Shown here piece by piece: positions 19,119 through 27,151 of a stretch of 64,000 bases of DNA. A program made the translations under genes and the position numbers. Below the pieces are notes generated by a model. That model searched no databases. It was given only the letters and a program-made list of their open reading frames with translations, and had not been told where the DNA came from. Location: NCBI GenBank assembly GCA_964568535.1, contig CAZMPQ010000001.1, positions 6,183 to 70,182 of the forward strand, in the 5' to 3' direction. The first letter of the stretch is position 1. Each line of letters begins with the position of its first letter. The stretch is from an uncultured Candidatus Saccharibacteria bacterium. Its GTDB lineage: Bacteria > Patescibacteriota > Minisyncoccia > UBA6257 > 2-01-FULL-56-20.

Positions 19119-20132
19119 CTAAAACAGCTTATCTTTCCACGTGCGCGGGGTCTTCGGACTCACGATCTCCAAGTCCAAGTGGTACCGAAAGGGTTTCACG
19201 CCGCGCGTCTGGATATAGACGATCATGTCGCGCAGGCCGTGCTCCAAGGTCGTTGTGGTCTTGTAGCCGAGCAACTTGCGCGCTTTTTCTGCGCTGCAGG
19301 TTGCGAGCTTCACTTCGTTCGGCCGGTCGGGCATATACACGGGCTTCAGCGGGAAATCCAGCAGCTTTGCGACGGTCTCGGCGAGCGTATTGATCGTGAT
19401 GAACTCTTCGTCCGGCCCGACGTTCACCACCTCCCCCACCACGCTCCGATCGAACGCCATTTTTTCCAGGGGGTCCACCACGTCCTGCACGAACGAAAAG
19501 CACCGTTTCTGCTCGCCGTCGCCATAGATCACCGGCTGACGGTTCTGCAACATAAGATTGATCATAATGGACGCGACGTTCCGATACGGATCGTCATACT
19601 TCTGTCGCGGGCCGATGATGTTATGGGGGACGGCGATAACATACTCGATGCCGTGCGTTTCGCAGAGGTTCCGTACCGTGAGTTCCGCAGCGTACTTCGC
19701 GATGCCGTAGGGGTCCTGCGGCTTCGGCGTCATGTCCTCCGTGAACGGAACGCGTTCCTGCGTGCCGTAACGCGCCATACTTGAACACAGCACGAACCGC
19801 TTGATCTTCTGGGCGATACCAGCGGAAAGCACCGATACGGTGATGTCGTACACATTGCGCGTCACGAGGTGCGGCGAAAAGACGCTCAATCCTTCGTATG
19901 CCGTCGCGGCGCAGTGGTAGACCACGTCAACGCCGTCCATGATGCGCGTCATCGCCGCGCGGTCGGCGCAATCCAGTGTATGGAACTCAACACCCGGCGG
20001 TACGTTGTCCAAATAGCCGCCCAAAAGATTGTCTACGCCGATCACCCGGTGCCCGCGCTCCAGGAACCGTTCAGCAAGATAACTGCCTAAAAAACCGGCC
20101 GCGCCGGTAATGAAGATGGTCTGTTTCGCCAT
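19119..20132 (-). CDS. NAD-dependent epimerase/dehydratase (UDP-glucose 4-epimerase-like)
   Basis: TGAAGFLG, SSMARYG, PYGIAK and HNIIGPRQ motifs. Confidence 0.88.
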   Translation of the reverse strand: MAKQTIFITGAAGFLGSYLAERFLERGHRVIGVDNLLGGYLDNVPPGVEFHTLDCADRAAMTRIMDGVDVVYHCAATAYEGLSVFSPHLVTRNVYDITVSVLSAGIAQKIKRFVLCSSMARYGTQERVPFTEDMTPKPQDPYGIAKYAAELTVRNLCETHGIEYVIAVPHNIIGPRQKYDDPYRNVASIMINLMLQNRQPVIYGDGEQKRCFSFVQDVVDPLEKMAFDRSVVGEVVNVGPDEEFITINTLAETVAKLLDFPLKPVYMPDRPNEVKLATCSAEKARKLLGYKTTTTLEHGLRDMIVYIQTRGVKPFRYHLDLEIVSPKTPRTWKDKLF

Positions 20133-20143
20133 TCGCGCCTTTC

Positions 20144-20172
20144 ATTGTAGTCGGCGGCGGCGCGAACGTCAA
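20144..20172 (-). promoter_or_regulatory. promoter TTGACG-17-TACAAT
   Basis: Hexamers with a 17-bp spacer, 11 nt upstream of the ATG at 20132. Confidence 0.6.
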
Positions 20173-20178
20173 AGAAAT

Positions 20179-20997
20179 CTAGCTTTCCCGTATCGTCCTG
20201 CGAAGATCCTCGTTCACTTCCTCAAGCGTCTCCAGAAGCCGCACATCAACGCCCGCGGCTTTTGCGAACGCCGTGAGGGCACGCACATCCTTCGGTAGAC
20301 ACGCCCCCGCATATCCGCGATATCCCTCGTCAAAGACATCAAAGTGGCTCCCGCCGACGCGCGCATCCTGTGCAACGCCCTCTTTCACGGCTGTGTAATC
20401 GATATCCAGTGTTTTGCAGATGTCGTACATCTGGTTCGCGAAGACGACGCGCGCGGCGAGGAAGTTGTTGTTGAAATACTTCACCATCTCGGCCTCTCGC
20501 GCGCGCAGAACGCGCGCGTAGGGCGCTGGCGGGAGCATTGCAAGGACCGCTTCCGCAGCGCGCTTGCCCGCCTCGTTCGCATATCCGACGAGCTGCCGGT
20601 CGGGACGCAGAAAATCCTCATTCGCCGTTTTCGCGCGGAGAAATTCCGGATTGAACAGGATGGTCTTCCCGGGAAACTGCTTCTGATACCGTTCGGTGGA
20701 TGTCGGGAGCACTGTGGACTTCACGACCGCCACCTTGCCGTCGGCGACGGTGGTGAGCGACTCCACAACAGCCGAATCGTCGTATCCCTGTTTGCCGGAC
20801 GCAGGGTCCGTATGGAACGGCGTCGGCACGGCGATGAATACGGTGTCCGCGCGGTTCACTTCCGCAAGCGAACCGAGCCGTTTTGCCGTGTCGTAGAGAA
20901 ATACCTCGTACTCGTCGCGCTTCCCTTCGAACCAGTTCCGGAGCGCGCCGCCCACGTATCCCACCCCAATGATGCCGATCTTCTTCTTTGCGGGCAT
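20179..20997 (-). CDS. UDP-glucose/GDP-mannose dehydrogenase family, short form lacking the C-terminal domain
   Basis: GVGYVG, AVPTP, KSTV, NPEFL, AEMVKY and GYAGACLPKD motifs. Ends after about 272 aa. Confidence 0.85.
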   Translation of the reverse strand: MPAKKKIGIIGVGYVGGALRNWFEGKRDEYEVFLYDTAKRLGSLAEVNRADTVFIAVPTPFHTDPASGKQGYDDSAVVESLTTVADGKVAVVKSTVLPTSTERYQKQFPGKTILFNPEFLRAKTANEDFLRPDRQLVGYANEAGKRAAEAVLAMLPPAPYARVLRAREAEMVKYFNNNFLAARVVFANQMYDICKTLDIDYTAVKEGVAQDARVGGSHFDVFDEGYRGYAGACLPKDVRALTAFAKAAGVDVRLLETLEEVNEDLRRTIRES

Positions 20998-21002
20998 CGT
21001 GC

Positions 21003-22058
21003 TCAATAATATTGGGCGCGCGACTGCACCTGGTAATGCTTCTGGAACGCCTGCGTTGCCTTGATCTTCCCCCACCAATCCGGATGCTTCACATACCACG
21101 ACACGAGGTCCGCCGCGGCGTTCTCCAGCGTGAACTGCGGCGCCCAACCAAGCTCGTTTTTTATTTTTGACGAATCAAGCGCATACCGCAGGTCCGCGCC
21201 CGGGCGATCGGCGACGTGCTGCCGGTGATGGGCGAGGTTTTTCCCCAAGTGATGCGCGAGCAGTTCCAGTACGCCCAAATTGGTCTTCTGCGCTCCGCCG
21301 GCGTTGTAGATGCTGTAATCAGACGCTTCGTGGGCAACAAGGTCTATCGCCGCGCAGAAGTCCTCCACGTGCACCCAACTCCGTGTGTGCTCGCCCGTTC
21401 CATGCACGGGTATCTTCTTCCCTTCTATCATGTTCGTGATAGCAAGCGGGATGAGCTTCTCGGGGTACTGATACGGCCCGAAATTATTTGACCCGCGGAC
21501 GATAAGCGCGGGTATCTGGTGTGTCTTTATCCATGCCTGCACCAAGAGGTCTGCGCCGGCTTTTGAGGACGAGTAGGGATTGGATGGGCGGAACGGCGTT
21601 TCTTCCGTCGCGAACCCTTCAGGAACCGACCCGTATATCTCGTCGGTTGATACCTGGATAAAGCGCGTCGTGCTGAATTTGCGCACTGCTTCAATGAGCG
21701 ACCGCACGCCTTCAATATTCGTCCGGATGAAGTCGTAGCCATTCACAATGGAACGGTCCACATGGCTCTCGGCGGCAAAGTTCACGACGAGATCAAATGC
21801 GTGTTCGGAGAAGATGCGCTCCAGGAGCTTCTCGTCGCAGATGTCCCCGTGGATGAACTGATAGCGGCGCTTCTCCGGGGGGAGCGCCCCGTCTTCCGCA
21901 GCAATGTCCGCTAAATTGTCCTGATTTCCCGCATACGTCAGGAGGTCCAAATTAAAAATACGCATCTGCGGATGCTTGCGGTATGCGTACCGGACGAAGT
22001 TAGATCCGATGAATCCCGAACCGCCGCATATGAGCGCGTTCTTAAAAGTCCGACGCAT
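21003..22058 (-). CDS. rfbB: dTDP-glucose 4,6-dehydratase
   Basis: GGSGFIGSN, LTYAGN, AAESHVDRSI, VSTDEIYG, PYSSSKA and YPEKLIP motifs. Confidence 0.95.
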   Translation of the reverse strand: MRRTFKNALICGGSGFIGSNFVRYAYRKHPQMRIFNLDLLTYAGNQDNLADIAAEDGALPPEKRRYQFIHGDICDEKLLERIFSEHAFDLVVNFAAESHVDRSIVNGYDFIRTNIEGVRSLIEAVRKFSTTRFIQVSTDEIYGSVPEGFATEETPFRPSNPYSSSKAGADLLVQAWIKTHQIPALIVRGSNNFGPYQYPEKLIPLAITNMIEGKKIPVHGTGEHTRSWVHVEDFCAAIDLVAHEASDYSIYNAGGAQKTNLGVLELLAHHLGKNLAHHRQHVADRPGADLRYALDSSKIKNELGWAPQFTLENAAADLVSWYVKHPDWWGKIKATQAFQKHYQVQSRAQYY

Positions 22059-22166
22059 GGTGGCTGGTGGTAAAAGCGGATGATATATGAAGAGCGCGGC
22101 GACCGCGCCGCGCGCGCAACCCTCTCATCCTACCGGCGAGCATCGCATTGTCAAGCGACGCTTTGG

Positions 22167-23156
22167 TCACCGCCCGCCGGTGCGGCGCTTTGCGAACACA
22201 TCAGTTGATCGATTGTCTTTGCATCGCACCATCAGCTCGCCCGGGGAGATCGGGGACATTGCGGTGGCGTGCTTTGTCAGTCGGAACGCATCCTCATTCG
22301 CATCGTAGAATGCAAACCCCATGCGCTCCAAGTCATACAGAAGCGCGGCCGGGTCCGTGCCGTAGAGGCGCATGCCGGCGGGCCACAGCTCAAAATGGAG
22401 CTTTATATCAGGATTTGCCTGCAAGAGCCCACGCATGCCGGCGATGACCGCCCCCTCCGAGCCCTGCACGTCTATCTTCACCAAGCTGACCGGACGCTTT
22501 TCGCCCTTCATGAATTCATCAAGCGACACCATCTGCACCTCAACAGACGGACGGAGGCCTGCTTGTTCAAGCACGAGCGATTTGTCTTCCTTGGTCAATG
22601 CCGTTGAGTGCGCAAGACGTTCCTGCGGATCGTAGCTTCGGTGGTCGCCCGGATTCGCTTCGGACATGTAGAGCCGCACCGTGCCGGCGCGTTCGCCAAC
22701 TGCTTTCGGAACGATGTCTACATTCGCGTAGTTGTTCATTGCAACATTTTTCCGCAGGAGAACGAGATTGTCCGGTCCCGGCTCAAAGGCGAATACCTTC
22801 CCCTCCGGGCCTACGCAGCGCGCGAAGGTCAGCGTGTGCATGCCGATGTTCGCACCGACATCCACGACCGCCGTGCCGCGGGGTATCTCGCGTTCAAAGA
22901 GGCGGCGCGTGTCGGCCTCGCGCTCGCCGCCGAACACGGCGAATGCGGCGCGGAATTGCCCGGGGACGGCGATGCGGTGCCCGTCTATCTCGTAAACCTC
23001 CGGCCACTCGTGGTGCTTCAGTGTCGCGTCTATTGTCCGGTAGAGGTAGCCGAACGGCCACACTTTCTGCAGACCTTTGCCGCGCAGATACGTCGTACCA
23101 ATGCGCCAAAAGAACGCTGCTCCCGCTATCTTTGCCTTCTCTAATATTCCCTTCAT
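22167..23156 (-). CDS. FkbM family methyltransferase
   Basis: VDVGANIG, FAFEPG and KIDVQGSE. Start MKGILEK overlaps the upstream stop. Confidence 0.88.
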   Translation of the reverse strand: MKGILEKAKIAGAAFFWRIGTTYLRGKGLQKVWPFGYLYRTIDATLKHHEWPEVYEIDGHRIAVPGQFRAAFAVFGGEREADTRRLFEREIPRGTAVVDVGANIGMHTLTFARCVGPEGKVFAFEPGPDNLVLLRKNVAMNNYANVDIVPKAVGERAGTVRLYMSEANPGDHRSYDPQERLAHSTALTKEDKSLVLEQAGLRPSVEVQMVSLDEFMKGEKRPVSLVKIDVQGSEGAVIAGMRGLLQANPDIKLHFELWPAGMRLYGTDPAALLYDLERMGFAFYDANEDAFRLTKHATAMSPISPGELMVRCKDNRSTDVFAKRRTGGR

Positions 23157-24202
23157 GCCGTGTGGTTCCCTGAAGATCGCAGGTGTCCGAGCATTTGCTG
23201 GGCACGATGGCGCCAGGTGTGGTGTTGCAGCACGTACTCGCGGACACGTGCCGCGCGCTTTGCACGCTCCGCGTCCATTCCCGGCGCGAGCCAATGGTCC
23301 AGAAGCGGATGTATCTCTTTTGCCGAGCTGAACGTCACGAGCGAATCCTTCGGGAAGAGGAGGTCGTGGTCCGCGCGATGGTCCACGAGCTGAAACAGCC
23401 CTGCAAGCGCGACCTCAAAGGTCCGCGCGGATACGGAGGTGAAGTGCCACGTCGAATGGATGTTGAGGAATAGTTTCGTCTTTGCATACAACTCGTTCAG
23501 CGCCGCCGTGCTCAACCGCCCGCTTTGGACAACGCGCTGTTTGAGCCCCGGGAAGTAGCGGTGCCAATACTCCAGCCCTGTGCCGCAGACGGCAACACGG
23601 TATTTTTCAGGAATGTCGGCGAGTATCTTTGCGCGCAGATAGCCGTCCCCGCTCTGCGGCGGCAAGCTGCCGGCGAAGACGATGTCGTATTCCTTTTTCG
23701 GCTCCGGCGAGAGCGGATGGAATACTTTGGGGTCGCCAGCAAGCGGGAGGTGCACCGCATCTTGCTCGCCGTAGAGGATGGTCATCCAGGACGGGAATCG
23801 GTCTATCGTGAACACCCGGTCCACGTACGCGAGCGCCGCGAGGGCGTCCTTTGCCTGCGCGCCTGCGGCGGGAGAATCCATCCAGTAGAAGATGGGTTTC
23901 TTGAGCTCTCGCGCTTCGCGGACCGCCTCGGGCAGGATGTTCGGCGCGTGTTCCAAAACAATGAGGTCCGGCTTCGCGTCGCGGACGCTCTGGAGCCAGT
24001 CGCGGCTCACTGCCCTGCGAAACACGTCTTCCGCGCCATACTGCACCTTCGGAATGCGCGTGCCGATACGCTGTATCCATCGCTGGGTCTTCGTGCCGTT
24101 ATCGTTGAAAAACGAGACGCTGTGCCCAAGCTCGCGCAGGGCATCGCCGAAGAACGCGCCGAATCCCCCATGCCAAACCGGCGTCGTATAGTGTATCTTC
24201 AT
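23153..24202 (-). CDS. CgeB-like glycosyltransferase
   Basis: HLPLAGDP, RTFEVALAG and HHTWRHRA motifs. Confidence 0.85.
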   Translation of the reverse strand: MKIHYTTPVWHGGFGAFFGDALRELGHSVSFFNDNGTKTQRWIQRIGTRIPKVQYGAEDVFRRAVSRDWLQSVRDAKPDLIVLEHAPNILPEAVREARELKKPIFYWMDSPAAGAQAKDALAALAYVDRVFTIDRFPSWMTILYGEQDAVHLPLAGDPKVFHPLSPEPKKEYDIVFAGSLPPQSGDGYLRAKILADIPEKYRVAVCGTGLEYWHRYFPGLKQRVVQSGRLSTAALNELYAKTKLFLNIHSTWHFTSVSARTFEVALAGLFQLVDHRADHDLLFPKDSLVTFSSAKEIHPLLDHWLAPGMDAERAKRAARVREYVLQHHTWRHRAQQMLGHLRSSGNHTA

Positions 24203-24267
24203 GCACAGACAGGATAATCCAACTCTCGCCCGAATGGAACCCGTGCGCGAATTGCTGCGTGAATAGA

Positions 24268-24302
24268 CCCCGAGCGGCGTGCTACGAGCACGCCGCTCGG
24301 GG
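24268..24302. repeat. perfect 16-bp inverted repeat (cassette-end hairpin)
   Basis: CCCCGAGCGGCGTGCT-ACG-AGCACGCCGCTCGGGG. Confidence 0.85.
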
Positions 24303-24319
24303 CGTTTACCGTATCGCTC

Positions 24320-24395
24320 TTACTGGGACGTAGAACTCGGAGCTGGAGCCGAAGGAGTTGAGGTAACGTGGATGGGAGGTGGAAGGGGTGGTAGT
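24320..24395 (-). pseudogene. relic 3' end of a partner (B-type) gene
   Basis: Translates as LPPLPPPIHVTSTPSAPAPSSTSQ*, nearly the same as the C-terminus of 26134-27117 (PPPPPIHVTSTPPAPAQSSTSQ*). The rest of the gene is absent. Confidence 0.8.
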
Positions 24396-24404
24396 CCCTC
24401 TTTA

Positions 24405-24752
24405 TTAGAATAAAGTCGGGTGAGCAAACATTTGAGAGGCACCATACATAAAAAAAGCTGTCGATACGAATACCCCCAAAGAAAAGAAGAGAAAAGAAAA
24501 GAAGAGAAAAGAAGAGCCCAATCTTCTTAGCTGTTCTCGAAATCGCTTTATGAAGAAGTTCACCAAGAAAAATGGTAAAGAAAAAACACTGATGATTTCC
24601 AAGATTAGTGAATAAATGTTTTCAAATGGAAAGAGCGCCTTTGGCAAGCTTGGGAATACATCTAACGAATAGGGAATCGTAAAAACTAACAATCCGACTA
24701 CTATGCCACCTAAAAGATTTCCGACATAAAACAAATTTAACTTTTTTTTCAT
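24405..24752 (-). CDS. AT-rich small membrane protein (about 3 TM), hypothetical
   Basis: 115-aa Phe/Leu-rich ORF with very low GC relative to the window. Lies directly after the orphan protease cassette. Confidence 0.7.
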   Translation of the reverse strand: MKKKLNLFYVGNLLGGIVVGLLVFTIPYSLDVFPSLPKALFPFENIYSLILEIISVFSLPFFLVNFFIKRFREQLRRLGSSFLFFSFLFFSLGVFVSTAFFMYGASQMFAHPTLF

Positions 24753-24781
24753 GAATTTTTGATATTATTAACAAGATTATA

Positions 24782-26137
24782 TCACCATTTGATTATCCCT
24801 TTAATTCTATAAGGGTCGAAGATGGGGTTTAGCTTAGAACTCCAAAGCATTTCAAAATCGCTTATATCTTGGGTACCCAAGTCAGTCTTGGGCGATACAA
24901 GACCGCAAGTGCTAGTGGAATTATCCATAATATTATTTCCTGTACTATGCGCCAGACCGAGTGCGTGCCCAAGCTCATGCGTAATAGTGCATTGTTTCAT
25001 TGAATTCGTATAAGGATCCATATAGTAAGTATTGAAAAGGATATGAGGTTGGTTTGGTGTGGTTGTAGGAACCCATAATCCTGCTTTTCCCATCCATTGA
25101 CCAACGGTCGAGCTGACGACGTCTACATATATATCCCAATCTGAACCAGATGTAGAGGTTGATTTCTTGAGATTCACATAGCTTGCAGTCGCGTCATTCC
25201 AAGTAATGATTGCGTTTAACATTTGCGCATCATATGGCGTAGAACTGCCTATTCTCATGATATATGGCGATGTGCTTGTATTGACGCCCGGCGGCGACCA
25301 CTCGGTATTGTCAGGACGTGACAAGAACGCCGTGTAATAATTGTCCGCATCAATATAGTCAGAAATCTTCGCACCTGTTCCTGAAGCGTTCTGCGTGGCA
25401 TGCCAGGGTCCGGCGTTCTCCGTAGAACTGTTGGCATCATCCAGCGGATACCACCCACCCCAGAAGTTCAATCTCATTGTGGAGGTCGGACTGCCAGTCT
25501 TCCAAGCACTGCTTGTGCTGTTGTTGTATATCGTGCTCGACGCCACCGTCACCGTCCCGCCGGTAATATACAGGCCGTAATCGTTATCGTGTATCGCTGA
25601 TTCCGTTACCGTCGTCGCGCCTCCCGTGCTGTATATCCCGTAGTCCGAAGCATAGGAGATGTCGGTATATCTCGTATTGAGCGTGCCGCCAGTAACGTAC
25701 ACGGTACTGCCTGCTGTGTTTCCGCCGTATCTCACGACGGTTCCTGCGAGAGTCGTGCTCGCGCCGGAGGTAATTTGAATATTTCCCCAATCCCCTGCGG
25801 CTCCCGTTGAAGTTCCATCTCCATTCAGATCCCCTCCCACGCTGTCGTCTTTGAAGGAGGTGAAATATACGAGGGTAGGGCTCAGTGCTCCTCCTTTCAC
25901 ATCAAGCTCTCCGTTCACGATGAGGGAGGTAGATGGTTTGAACTTGATGATGGTGCCGGGTTCAATGGTGATAGTCTTGCCTGCATTGATGGTGACGGTT
26001 GAGGAGACGATATATGGGCCTTCGGCTTTGGACCAGGTGGTGGAGGTTGCGATGGAGCCGGAGAGGGTGCTGGATGGCTTCGCCACGAGTGGTATGCATA
26101 CAAGCATACCACTTTGTTCTATGCGCTCACAGCTCAC
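24782..26137 (-). CDS. N-truncated (orphan) beta-helix + matrixin-like metallopeptidase cassette (A2)
   Basis: HELGHALGLAHS...IMD zinc motif and Met-turn. Homologous to the C-terminal 430 aa of 27152-30328, with no signal peptide or LamG domains. Start codon uncertain. Confidence 0.85.
   Translation of the reverse strand: MSCERIEQSGMLVCIPLVAKPSSTLSGSIATSTTWSKAEGPYIVSSTVTINAGKTITIEPGTIIKFKPSTSLIVNGELDVKGGALSPTLVYFTSFKDDSVGGDLNGDGTSTGAAGDWGNIQITSGASTTLAGTVVRYGGNTAGSTVYVTGGTLNTRYTDISYASDYGIYSTGGATTVTESAIHDNDYGLYITGGTVTVASSTIYNNSTSSAWKTGSPTSTMRLNFWGGWYPLDDANSSTENAGPWHATQNASGTGAKISDYIDADNYYTAFLSRPDNTEWSPPGVNTSTSPYIMRIGSSTPYDAQMLNAIITWNDATASYVNLKKSTSTSGSDWDIYVDVVSSTVGQWMGKAGLWVPTTTPNQPHILFNTYYMDPYTNSMKQCTITHELGHALGLAHSTGNNIMDNSTSTCGLVSPKTDLGTQDISDFEMLWSSKLNPIFDPYRIKGIIKW
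25898..26042. repeat. 145-bp direct repeat, copy 1 (copy 2 at 28295-28439; partial copy at 40193-40245)
   Basis: Manual alignment gives 144/145 identity with 28295-28439. Confidence 0.9.
26088..26113. repeat. 10-bp inverted repeat downstream of partner gene B1, homologous to the 24268-24302 hairpin
   Basis: AGTGGTATGC-ATACAA-GCATACCACT. Confidence 0.75.
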
Positions 26138-27117
26138 TGACTGGTTGATGACTGAGCAGGTGCTGGAGGCGTTGAGGTAACGTGGATAGGAGGCGGAGGG
26201 GGCGGAGTTGGTGGTTGGGGTGGAGGCGGATAAAATGGGGCGCAGTCGGGGTCTTGGGCGTCGGTGAGGTTGTCGAGGTCGTTGTCTTTGTTGTCACGAC
26301 AATTCACCTGATGGTCCTCTCGATAATATGGCCGGCAGTTGGGGTCGCCCTGATCGACAAGTCTATCTCCGTCATTATCTATGCCGTCGCGACAACTACT
26401 CCCTGAAGTTTCTGTTGTATCTTGTGGTAGTGGCGGTGGCGGCAATGTCTCTGGCACAGGACGGGGAGGTATGAGTTCAGCAAATTTATTGTGGACTGCC
26501 TGTTTCTCAGCTTGGGAGAGCGACTGGAATAAATTAGCGGCAGATTCGCCTGTTGTGCGTCCGTCAAATGGTATCTCATTCGGATACGCATTGAGTAGTT
26601 CGTATGTCCGCGCGTGTCGTAAAACGAGTTCTCTTAATTGCTCCTTACTCAAGTTGGCGTGCTCACTCACTACGGTCTTAGTCGCCGGATGAAAACCTAC
26701 AAAATACCATGGGCCAGCTTCATCGGGGAGATGAGTAGCTCCAAACAGATACGTTGTGCCGGGTGCAAGTTTATCCCCTTTTGTAGAATCCAAGCTCACA
26801 ACAATCCTATCCTCGGCAATACCTTTGATATTGTAAATAACCTCAACGTCATATTGTGTTCTTGATAAACCCAGTGAGTTATCGCTTCTTCCTGCTTCTG
26901 CAAGCACCTTGCCGGCAAATACATTTTGGTAATAACCAACCAACCTGCGGTTGTTATTGAAGTCAGTTGCCCACGTCGCGGCAATGCCGGATTCTCCCAT
27001 GTTCTTTACGCCTGAGTCAGTTGGTGTCTGAAAACCAACCTGCTGTACACCCCTCATCCCGAGATAGATTGCACCGAAAATCAAGATACTTCCAACGATA
27101 AATAGTCGTTTCTTCAT
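26134..27117 (-). CDS. membrane-anchored partner protein B1: TIMP/NTR-like OB-fold candidate, two CxDxxDNDxDxxxDxxDPxC repeats, Pro-rich tail
   Basis: N-terminal hydrophobic anchor, then NVFAGKV...QYDVEVIYNIKG...LAPGTTYLFGA. Contains CRDGIDNDGDRLVDQGDPNC and CRDNKDNDLDNLTDAQDPDC. Confidence 0.8.
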   Translation of the reverse strand: MKKRLFIVGSILIFGAIYLGMRGVQQVGFQTPTDSGVKNMGESGIAATWATDFNNNRRLVGYYQNVFAGKVLAEAGRSDNSLGLSRTQYDVEVIYNIKGIAEDRIVVSLDSTKGDKLAPGTTYLFGATHLPDEAGPWYFVGFHPATKTVVSEHANLSKEQLRELVLRHARTYELLNAYPNEIPFDGRTTGESAANLFQSLSQAEKQAVHNKFAELIPPRPVPETLPPPPLPQDTTETSGSSCRDGIDNDGDRLVDQGDPNCRPYYREDHQVNCRDNKDNDLDNLTDAQDPDCAPFYPPPPQPPTPPPPPPIHVTSTPPAPAQSSTSQ

Positions 27118-27151
27118 GGTGATGGTTAATTATGTGATGACCCTATGGAAC

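Noticed and set aside
24262-24310. Integron attC site explaining the cassettes
   Set aside because: There is no clear RYYYAAC/GTTRRRY pair with the expected extrahelical bases, and no integron integrase in the window.
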